Origin: an uncultured Acidimicrobiales bacterium
GTDB lineage: Bacteria > Actinomycetota > Acidimicrobiia > Acidimicrobiales > Poriferisodalaceae
Length of the DNA: 64,000 nt
Direction of reading: 5' to 3'
Assembly: GCA_964484385.1 (NCBI GenBank)
Contig: CAZAFV010000007.1
Coordinates: forward strand, 1,328 to 65,327
Of this stretch, positions 8,010 through 15,808 are shown piece by piece. The position numbers and the translations under genes are program-made. The notes below the pieces were generated by a model. That model was given only the letters and a program-made list of their open reading frames with translations. It had not been told where the DNA came from and ran no database searches. The stretch's first letter is position 1; every line of letters begins with the position of its first letter.

Positions 8010-11000
8010 TCAGGCGCCGGGCTTGGTGACGTCGATGACACGGACTGCGATCTTGCGTGCCTCATCGGCGCTCAAGTTCTCCTCCAGCATCTCCGTCAGT
8101 TCCTGGGGACTGCCTGGTCGGCGACCAGAGGACGGCGGCGGAACGTCCTCGCCCCCGAACCAGAACACCAGGTAGATGCCGTAACCGTCTGTTGCCGGAT
8201 CGGTTGTGTACTGACCGATGAGCTGACGCCGCATCGCATGCCACAAGTCACGGTGCGATTCCCGCTTGATCTCGATTGGCACGTTGAATCCACCGCAGCT
8301 CGCGCGGATGTCTGCCCGTGTGCCAGCCGCGTAGCTGCCTTCAGGCTCGACCTCCAGCTCGCGCAACGATGGATGATTCCTAAGGAGTGTGAGCAGCGAA
8401 TCCCGGCATGCGTTCTCGGGTCTAGGAGCAGTTGGGCGCCCATGTGCGTCTACGTTCCAGTAGGCGCGCCACGGGTTCCCTGCGTCCCCCCGCATCTCAT
8501 CGGCGATGTCATCGAGCCGATCCAGCAGCAGTGCCGCGAGGTCGGCCGCATTCGCCGGAGCACCGCCGCTGAGGGTCCGCTGAACATCGTGGATTGTCGG
8601 ATGGCGATACTCGGCGTCTCGTTGGATTGCGCTCTGTTCCTCCCGCTTCCATCGCAAGAGGTCATGCCATTCCGTCAGATCCGGATGGTGTTCCAAGTGT
8701 CGAAGTGCCTCAGCGGCCTCGTCGTCGGGCATCTGTGCGAGCAGGTGGATCATCGCCCGTATCCGATCTGCCGCATCGATCTCAACTGTGACGAGCCCGT
8801 CGAGGTCAAGCGGTTGAAACGAGCGTCCGAGCGTCTGGATGAGCATCGCGAGCGTTCCCGGGCTCAAGCGCGCGATGAGTTCTGGCCATCGAGACCCGTG
8901 CGCATCAGGGGCCGAATGGAAGAACTCGGCAATGTGCCGGACAGCCGATCGATGACTGCCGACATGCTGGGCGAGTTCGTGGACATAGCGGTCTTCAAAA
9001 GCCAGTGCCGCAGCGGTGAGCCAGCGAGCGCGCTGCGCGACCGTCATGCTCACGAGGTTGAGCTTGCTGTCGATGAGCTCACGAAGGCCAGGTGTTTCAG
9101 GATTCGCCAAGGTGGCCAACAACAGCCGCTCAAGCAGCCGAAGCTGGGCGTTCGACCCGCGAAGGGGGAAAGACGCCAGCAGTTGCAGCGTGACGCCCTG
9201 ATCGCCGCCGAGGGTGTCAAGTTCGTTCAATCCCGGCGGGTGTTCATCGCCGCTTCGGATCGCAGCGGCTGCACATCGGGTCGCCACTTCAGTAACGAGT
9301 GACCGGTTCTCCACAAACCATCGCTCGACCCACGGCGGCAATGACGACATGTCAGTTGGAACACAGAAGACGAGCGCTAGTGCTTGGCGCTTGAGACCAT
9401 CGTCTAGCTGGTCAAGCTGCGCTGGGTCTTCATCGTCGAGCAACCGCAGCCCAACGAGCGTGGGCAGTGCGAGCCATGCATGCTTTGACTCATTGTGCAG
9501 GGTGATTGTCTCGTCAACGCTGGGAAGTTCAGGTCGCCTGACGGACTCGCGGAACGCCTGCAACACGGCCTCGACTAGGTCGGCTTCGCCACCGATGAAC
9601 TCGCTGAGACGGGTCCGCTCGTCAAGTCCGTCATCGCTGTCGGCGTACAGACCCATGTACGCGAGTGCGAGTGCATGCAGGTTCACTGATGAAAAGGTGT
9701 TGTTGCGGAGTTCGCTCTCACCTGAGCGGAGCCCGTCAGCCCATTGCTCTGCGCGGCGCCGCGTCTCGTCGACCCACGTGGCACGACGTTCGTCCCGTTC
9801 CTTGAGCCATTGCTCGACCTTGGGGTCAGGGGACACCGGGGCGAGCAGAGCTTCGACGAGTTCTGTCAGGGGATCGAAGTCGCTGACCGCTCTCCGAAGG
9901 GCATCGGCAGTAAGGCCGTCGTTCACTTCTGGGTTATCGAGTGCCCCGTGCGCAAACCGCACGAGTTCACGCGCCAAATCCAAGTCCGACTCGGCGAGTT
10001 CTGCCGCGCACTCGAGGCACCACCGGCCGAAGTCCGAGGGAAGGCTGCTCCCGTGCAACGCCAGACATCGACCGTGAAACTCAAGGGTCAGCAGATCGTT
10101 GGGGTCGCGAACTCGAAGCCAGCGCAAGAACACTTGCCGCTGGACGTCCGGCCGAGCCTCAAGCCAGTCTCGAACACGCCGGCTGGCTGCGCTTCTCGCC
10201 GGCATGACCTCAGGCTCGCAGTCACCAGTAACGCTGAGCCATGAAAACAGGCGACTCTCATCGATCTCATCGCCCAGTTCGACTAACGCCGTTGCCAAGA
10301 GTTCCACAGCTGCGCGGTCGAAATAGCGTGAGCGGAGAATCGGGAGCACTCGACTGGCGTCGCGGTGTAGAGAATCCAAGAGCTCGCCAGCTTGTGCAGC
10401 GGAAGAGTGTGCCGTCAGTTTCCGATCCCAGAATCCCTCGAAGATCCCAATGATTCGCTTGCGGCTAGGGTGCGCTGCGTATCCCCACACTTCAGCTGGC
10501 TGAATGGCGCCCGGGTACAGCACTTCGAGCAATCTGCCTGCGAGCTGACGATCGGGATCGGAAACTCGGTTCGCCGTGATGTCGTCGAGCAGTTCGCGAA
10601 GACCTCGTTGCGCTTCAGGACCTGCAGACGTGAGGTGAATCTGCGCGTCCAACGCTGCCAGCCGAGCACGCCGTGAATGACCACCGTTACGAACTACGTC
10701 TGAGACGTGCGGAACCAGTTCTCGCACGACATCGAACTGATCCTCGCCCACAACCGCCAGGCACTGGAGCAAGAACTCCGTTACACGCTCGCTCGTGATG
10801 TCTTGAGGACTACCCGCCAGCAGATCTGTGACGGTCTCAAACGTCTCAGCATCGATGATGGAACGAAATGCCCACGCTGTCGTATCGCGGAAGTCCAGGC
10901 GTCGCCCATCGCGCCGCTCACTGCCCAACAGCGGACCCTCCGCTGCGTATGACGCAAGCGCCCGCAGCAGGCGCCGCTTCTGTTCGCCGTTCAACCAACC

Positions 11001-12185
11001 GATATCGCCGTAGAGGCCGATGCCGACAGGGTCGGCGTCAACAAGTCGATCGAGCGCCTCCCGGGAATGCGCCGCGAACCAAGCTGACAAGCCACGCAGC
11101 GACGTCACGACTCGGCCGTCATGTGGACTGGCCATGAGGGCCACAAGCCGCCGGGCCGGTATTCCTTCGCCAACGAGCCGCGCAAGGAAGCGGCCACCGA
11201 GATACTCGGCAATGTGTCGATGCAGAGGAACGAACCTCGAATTGCTTGTGACTGCCGCTGCGTCTGGAACCGCTGAGAACAGCTTCGTCCGCAGGGCATC
11301 CCTCCATCCGCTAAGCCGCCGATCCGGCCCGTCAACTCCGTCGCCTTCGAGGGCGTCGAGCGCTACATAGGCCGGTTGGTCCTCTAGTCGGTTGACGGAA
11401 AAGCCCTCGTTGCCCGACAGCAGTTGAATGGCGCACAGCTCGCCGGCGGCGTCGAGCACTTCCTCCAACGCGCGGGAGGTACTTGCGGAGGCATGCTCGT
11501 CATTTCGTTCCCAAGCCATCTGGCGACAGGCCAAGTCGAAGGTGTCCAGCCGGTTCTTAGGCCACGAACTGCCGCCGTGAACAAAAGCGCGAGCGAGCAA
11601 TTCAAGTGTGAGGGGATTGATGAGCATCGCGCTGATGTCGCCGTGCGGGTCGCCGCTTGTGAAGGCCTGCAAGTCGTACTCGTCAAGGTGTAGCGCCAAC
11701 AGCTCCCGCTGTGCGGCCCCGTCGAGTGGCTCAAGCCTGAACACCGCCACTTCTTCTCCAGGGGTTGCCCTTTCGAGGCTGCGGCGGTCGTTGCTGCCAA
11801 GCCAATCGGCCTCACGGCACGAGATGCGGTACTTCGGCCAGCCAAGCTGATCCAGACGCTTGCGGATTTCATCAAGCGCTGGACGTCCGTCGGCCATGCC
11901 TGCACGGATCTCATCCAAACCGTCTATGAAGATCGTCTTGTCGCGCCACTCGGACCTGACATCGAACGTTACGAAGTCCCGAGCACTGCGTAGCAGTGCC
12001 GCATCGCCGAGTTCTTCGCACTCGTGCCGGAACTCGATCGACTTGCCAGCACCAGCGTCGCCAAGGAGTACGTAGGCGCGTTCCGACCGGAAAGTGCTGA
12101 GTGGAGCTGAACCCACTTCCCGTTGGCCACCTGATTCAACCGCGGCGAGACGGGCACAGGTGCGCTTGACGTACGTCTCGCTCAT
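8010..12185 (-). CDS. NACHT/STAND-type P-loop NTPase with long helical-repeat region and C-terminal PD-(D/E)xK (RecB/Cas4-like) nuclease domain
   Basis: 1,391-aa ORF. Walker A GDAGAGKS lies at 12039-12062. The NACHT-style Walker B IFIDGLDE lies at 11910-11933. About 1,100 aa of Leu/Ala/Arg/Glu-rich helical sequence follow. The C-terminus reads ...ADIRASCGGFNVPIEIKRESH...QLIGQY, giving D1292, E1305-x-K1307 (8265-8273) and a following QxxxY. Confidence 0.75.
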   Translation of the reverse strand: MSETYVKRTCARLAAVESGGQREVGSAPLSTFRSERAYVLLGDAGAGKSIEFRHECEELGDAALLRSARDFVTFDVRSEWRDKTIFIDGLDEIRAGMADGRPALDEIRKRLDQLGWPKYRISCREADWLGSNDRRSLERATPGEEVAVFRLEPLDGAAQRELLALHLDEYDLQAFTSGDPHGDISAMLINPLTLELLARAFVHGGSSWPKNRLDTFDLACRQMAWERNDEHASASTSRALEEVLDAAGELCAIQLLSGNEGFSVNRLEDQPAYVALDALEGDGVDGPDRRLSGWRDALRTKLFSAVPDAAAVTSNSRFVPLHRHIAEYLGGRFLARLVGEGIPARRLVALMASPHDGRVVTSLRGLSAWFAAHSREALDRLVDADPVGIGLYGDIGWLNGEQKRRLLRALASYAAEGPLLGSERRDGRRLDFRDTTAWAFRSIIDAETFETVTDLLAGSPQDITSERVTEFLLQCLAVVGEDQFDVVRELVPHVSDVVRNGGHSRRARLAALDAQIHLTSAGPEAQRGLRELLDDITANRVSDPDRQLAGRLLEVLYPGAIQPAEVWGYAAHPSRKRIIGIFEGFWDRKLTAHSSAAQAGELLDSLHRDASRVLPILRSRYFDRAAVELLATALVELGDEIDESRLFSWLSVTGDCEPEVMPARSAASRRVRDWLEARPDVQRQVFLRWLRVRDPNDLLTLEFHGRCLALHGSSLPSDFGRWCLECAAELAESDLDLARELVRFAHGALDNPEVNDGLTADALRRAVSDFDPLTELVEALLAPVSPDPKVEQWLKERDERRATWVDETRRRAEQWADGLRSGESELRNNTFSSVNLHALALAYMGLYADSDDGLDERTRLSEFIGGEADLVEAVLQAFRESVRRPELPSVDETITLHNESKHAWLALPTLVGLRLLDDEDPAQLDQLDDGLKRQALALVFCVPTDMSSLPPWVERWFVENRSLVTEVATRCAAAAIRSGDEHPPGLNELDTLGGDQGVTLQLLASFPLRGSNAQLRLLERLLLATLANPETPGLRELIDSKLNLVSMTVAQRARWLTAAALAFEDRYVHELAQHVGSHRSAVRHIAEFFHSAPDAHGSRWPELIARLSPGTLAMLIQTLGRSFQPLDLDGLVTVEIDAADRIRAMIHLLAQMPDDEAAEALRHLEHHPDLTEWHDLLRWKREEQSAIQRDAEYRHPTIHDVQRTLSGGAPANAADLAALLLDRLDDIADEMRGDAGNPWRAYWNVDAHGRPTAPRPENACRDSLLTLLRNHPSLRELEVEPEGSYAAGTRADIRASCGGFNVPIEIKRESHRDLWHAMRRQLIGQYTTDPATDGYGIYLVFWFGGEDVPPPSSGRRPGSPQELTEMLEENLSADEARKIAVRVIDVTKPGA

Positions 12186-13462
12186 GGGTTCTCAACCCAC
12201 TCGCTTGCCGGCACGGAGAGGAACTCATCCAGCGAGACACCGCCCTCGCCGACCACGAGGGTCCTCGCTTCGAATCGCTGCCTGAACTCATCAAGCCCAG
12301 GCAGCGATTCCCGTACCGCGCCCGTCTTGACCTCGATTCCGAGCAATTTCGGACCGCGTTGCAGAACAAAGTCAACTTCGACCTCGGATCGACCGTGGCG
12401 CTCCCTCCAGTACTTGACCTCTCCGCTGGACGACATGGTGTTGATGAGGTGTGCTCCAACAGCGCTCTCGACGAGGCGACCCCAGAAGGTGCGATCTGCG
12501 CGCGCCTCGTCGAACTGGTACCCCCAGACCATCGACATCAGCGCTGTGTTCAGCACGTTCAGCTTCGGGGTCGAAGCCTTGGCCGAGACTGCGCGCTCGG
12601 TGTGCTTGGACAGGCCCGTCAGCAAACCTGCGTGCGACAACAACTGCAGGTACCGCGTCAGAGTGGTGGTGTTGCCGGCATCTTGGAGCTGTCCGAGCAT
12701 CTTGTTGTAGGCAAGCACCTGACCCGAGTAGCGAACGCCCACATCGAAGAGGCGTCGCAACAGCGCTGGCTTGTCGACCCTCGTCATGGCCAGCACATCA
12801 CGCTCGATGTTCGGCTCGACCAGCACTCTTCGGACGTGTTGATGCCACTCGTCGTGCGCCTCCAGTTTCTCCGTGGCGCCGGGGTAACCGCCGTAGAACA
12901 CGTACTCGTCCAAGCTGAAGCCGAACGCCGCCGCCATCTCGGTGAAGGACCAATGAGGAGAGACGATCATCTCGAATCGGCCCATGAGGCTTTCGTTCAG
13001 GCCCTCCTGGATTTGCAACGGTGCCGAGCCGAGGACGACCACGTGCAGCGGACAGCCCGATATGCGGTCGTCATCCCAGAGGCCTTTCACGACGGTTGAC
13101 CAGTTCGGCAGCCTTTGGATCTCGTCCAACACCAACACGCAGCCATCAGACGATTTCTTCGCCCGTTCACGGCATTGCTTCCACACTTCGACCAGCCATT
13201 GAGCGTCACGCGGCGCGGACGGCAGCCGGGCTTCGCGTCCAGCAATCGCGCCTGCGTCGAACGGCCCCAAGTCGTCGGACGATTCGTCGACTCCACCCGG
13301 TTCGAACGCGACCATGCGCCAGCCATGCCGAATTGTCTGTAGAGCCTGCAGAACGGCAGTCGTCTTGCCGGACTGTCGGGGCCCGAAAACCGCGATCAGC
13401 CGCTCGGGCGGCTCGTTGAGCCGTTCTACGATCGTTGTGACCAGTGGTCGTCGATACCGCAC
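12182..13462 (-). CDS. AAA-type ATPase with C-terminal DUF4143-like (restriction-endonuclease-fold) domain
   Basis: 426-aa ORF with a GTG start. Walker A GPRQSGKTT lies at 13358-13384 and Walker B is VLVLDEIQ. The C-terminal EVEVDFVLQ...LLGIEVKTG is a D...ExK pattern. The stop TGA overlaps the ATG of the NACHT gene (ATGA at 12182-12185). Confidence 0.8.
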   Translation of the reverse strand: MRYRRPLVTTIVERLNEPPERLIAVFGPRQSGKTTAVLQALQTIRHGWRMVAFEPGGVDESSDDLGPFDAGAIAGREARLPSAPRDAQWLVEVWKQCRERAKKSSDGCVLVLDEIQRLPNWSTVVKGLWDDDRISGCPLHVVVLGSAPLQIQEGLNESLMGRFEMIVSPHWSFTEMAAAFGFSLDEYVFYGGYPGATEKLEAHDEWHQHVRRVLVEPNIERDVLAMTRVDKPALLRRLFDVGVRYSGQVLAYNKMLGQLQDAGNTTTLTRYLQLLSHAGLLTGLSKHTERAVSAKASTPKLNVLNTALMSMVWGYQFDEARADRTFWGRLVESAVGAHLINTMSSSGEVKYWRERHGRSEVEVDFVLQRGPKLLGIEVKTGAVRESLPGLDEFRQRFEARTLVVGEGGVSLDEFLSVPASEWVENP

Positions 13463-13486
13463 TACGCAGACAGCTTATCGGTTCTT

Positions 13487-13522
13487 GTAACGCTACTGAG
13501 TAATTTTACTCAATAGCGTTAC
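13487..13522. repeat. 36-bp AT-rich near-perfect palindrome (IR1) 25 bp upstream of the ATPase-NACHT operon
   Basis: GTAACGCTACTGAGTAA-TT-TTACTCAATAGCGTTAC, with 16 of 17 arm positions complementary. It lies in a roughly 43 % GC intergenic stretch. Confidence 0.85.
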
Positions 13523-13578
13523 CGGAAGCATGGAGCTTGCATCTGGATCACATCCAAGCCAATACACCCATCGGTTCC

Positions 13579-13610
13579 AACGCTATTGAGCAATTTTGCT
13601 CAGTAGCTGT
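13579..13610. repeat. 32-bp AT-rich palindrome (IR2), a diverged copy of IR1
   Basis: AACGCTATTGAGCAA-TT-TTGCTCAGTAGCTGT, with 12 of 15 arm positions complementary. 26 of 32 nt are identical to the IR1 core. The centres are 90 bp apart. It abuts and overlaps the stop codon of the molybdoenzyme gene. Confidence 0.8.
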
Positions 13611-15799
13611 CAAGGCCGCTCGCAGGCAGGCTGCGGATCGTCCGCAACCGCGGAGAGGTTGACGGGGATTCCGTTCAGGATGCTCATTCCTGCCAGCCGC
13701 TCGATGTCTTGGCCCGACGCGCTGGCGAGGATGTTGCTGTTGACGCCGCCGGCCGCGTTGGCACGGCGCCAACCCCCGTCATGACCCCAGCCGTGTGGCA
13801 GGGCCACCGTGCCTGGGCCTACCTCGTCGCTGACGGCCACCGATACCCGGACAGTTCCGGATGCGGACGTGATGTCGACATCGCTGCCGCCGGCGAGGCC
13901 GAGCCGATGAGCGTCGCTGGGATTGACGCGGGCAGTCAGGCACCTGCCTTCGGGCATGAGCCGGGGCGCGTTGTGCATCCACGTGTTGTGTGAGCGAAGT
14001 TCTCGCATGCCGATGAGCCGGAACCCGAAGCGGTCATCGTCGGTGTGCTCCCCCAGTGCGGCGAGTTCGCCGAGCACCTCGGGGGCAGCCAGGGGAATCT
14101 TCCCGTCCGGCGTCGCCAGCCTTGCGTCGATCTCGCCCGTGGGGAGTTCGTCCAGCAGCTTCTTGCCGTGCGGGAAGTCGCGTGTGAGCTTGTCGAACGA
14201 GACCCCGCGCCGGCGCAGACCGAATCGGTCGCCCGCTTTGCCAGTGCGCAGCAACAGGTCGAGCAGCCGTCGCGGCGTGATGTTCCAGCCCAGCTTGGCC
14301 AGCCATCGAAGCGGGCGCAGCACATGGGCGCCGCCGCGGCCCATGCGCTTGGCGATCTCGTTCAGAATCTGCCACTCCTGGCGCACCCCGGCAGGCGGCT
14401 CGATCACCGCCTCGGTGGCCCAGATCGCTGGGCGCAACATGTTCGCAAGCGTGGTCACGGGAACGTCGTCGCGTTCATAGAAGTGGGTCACCGGCAGCAC
14501 GTAATGGCAGTGCTTGTTGGTCTCGTTGATGTAGAGGTCGAGCGAGAAGCTCAGCTCGAGCTGTTCGAGTGCTTCCTCGAGCCAGGTGCCGCCTCCGGCG
14601 CTGCTGAGCACCGGATTGCCTCCGACGAGTGCGAGTGCCTTGATCTGGCCCTCGCCCGGTGTGACGATGTCGACCGCCAAGTCCGTCGACGGGAGCAGGC
14701 CGAATACGTCAGGGTGCTGGTTGACCCGAGTTCGCACCTTGCCGTAGGTATCGGTTCCGGCTTTGCGGGCCAGTTCAGGCAGGTCGATCGCCGCCCAGCC
14801 GAACAGCAGACCACCCGCCCTGTCGAAGTTGCCGGTGAGCAGAACCACGATGTCCTGCAGGACGTTGTTGAGCGTGCCGAAACGCTGGGTGCAGGTGCCA
14901 GTGCGGCCATAGACGACTCCGCTGTCCGCCGATGCAAAGTCCCGCGCGAGCTGCTCGATGACGGCGGCAGGAATTCCCGAGCGCGACGCGCACCGCTGAA
15001 TATCGAACGGCGCGATGACGTCGGCAAGCGTGCTGAGACCACCGACATGGCGATCGATGAAGGAATGGTTGACCAGGTCCTTGTCGATCAGAGTCCGGAT
15101 GATGCCGAGCAGCAAGAAGGCGTCGCTGCCGGGCCGCACGGAGATGTGCTCGTAGCGCTGTGCCGTCTCCGTACGGCGGGGATCCACAACGACGACCCGC
15201 CCGCCGCGCTCGATGACAGCGTCGAGCGCCTCCCGCAGGCGAGCCTCCGTGACCAATGAGCCATGCGAGACCAGTGGGTTCGCGCCGATGATGACGGCGA
15301 AGTGCGTGCGCCACAGGTCCGGCTTGGGCGCGATGGCGACCGACCCGTACAGCAGCGCGTTGGCCGCCATGCGTGCCGACGCGTCCTCGGAGTTGATGCC
15401 GTACCGCCACCTGATGCCCAGCACTTCCTGAAAGCCGGCCAGTGCCATGGACGTGGCGAAGCTGAACAACGGCGGGTTGCCGCAGAAGGTGGCGAGTGCG
15501 TCGGGGCTGCTGTCGGTACGGATACGGCCAAGGCGCTGGGCGATGTCGTCGAGCGCCTCGTCCCACGACACGGGTTCGAAGACGCCGGGGTCGCCCACCC
15601 GCTTCATCGGCTGAGTGACCCGATCGGGGTCGTACACAATCTCGACTGCGCCCGCCGCCTTCGTGCACACATATCCCTGAGAATGAACATGATCGGCATC
15701 GCCACGGACGCTCACGAGCCGTCCGTCTGAGATCGTCGCGACGAGACCGCACTGCGGCTCGCAGATGCGGCAGTGGGTGTATGCGGTCTTGGTTGCCAT
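13610..15799 (-). CDS. molybdopterin (bis-MGD) oxidoreductase family protein, formate-dehydrogenase-like single subunit
   Basis: 729-aa ORF. The N-terminal Fe-S cluster motif is HCRICEPQCGL...GYVCTKA. The molybdopterin-binding and C-terminal dinucleotide-binding layout is present (...VALPHGWGH...). Confidence 0.85.
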   Translation of the reverse strand: MATKTAYTHCRICEPQCGLVATISDGRLVSVRGDADHVHSQGYVCTKAAGAVEIVYDPDRVTQPMKRVGDPGVFEPVSWDEALDDIAQRLGRIRTDSSPDALATFCGNPPLFSFATSMALAGFQEVLGIRWRYGINSEDASARMAANALLYGSVAIAPKPDLWRTHFAVIIGANPLVSHGSLVTEARLREALDAVIERGGRVVVVDPRRTETAQRYEHISVRPGSDAFLLLGIIRTLIDKDLVNHSFIDRHVGGLSTLADVIAPFDIQRCASRSGIPAAVIEQLARDFASADSGVVYGRTGTCTQRFGTLNNVLQDIVVLLTGNFDRAGGLLFGWAAIDLPELARKAGTDTYGKVRTRVNQHPDVFGLLPSTDLAVDIVTPGEGQIKALALVGGNPVLSSAGGGTWLEEALEQLELSFSLDLYINETNKHCHYVLPVTHFYERDDVPVTTLANMLRPAIWATEAVIEPPAGVRQEWQILNEIAKRMGRGGAHVLRPLRWLAKLGWNITPRRLLDLLLRTGKAGDRFGLRRRGVSFDKLTRDFPHGKKLLDELPTGEIDARLATPDGKIPLAAPEVLGELAALGEHTDDDRFGFRLIGMRELRSHNTWMHNAPRLMPEGRCLTARVNPSDAHRLGLAGGSDVDITSASGTVRVSVAVSDEVGPGTVALPHGWGHDGGWRRANAAGGVNSNILASASGQDIERLAGMSILNGIPVNLSAVADDPQPACERP

Positions 15800-15808
15800 C
15801 GAAAGCGC

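Noticed and set aside
8238-9302. Long antisense ORFs. Examples are 8238-9302 (+), 3050-3991 (-), 14045-15259 (+), 16082-16942 (+), 31017-32978 (-, 653 aa), 48586-49695 (-), 58130-59677 (+) and 61034-62071 (+).
   Set aside because: They lie entirely inside better-supported genes on the opposite strand. Their translations are Arg/Pro/Gly/Ala-rich and low in complexity, with no recognisable motifs. These are typical shadow ORFs of high-GC DNA.
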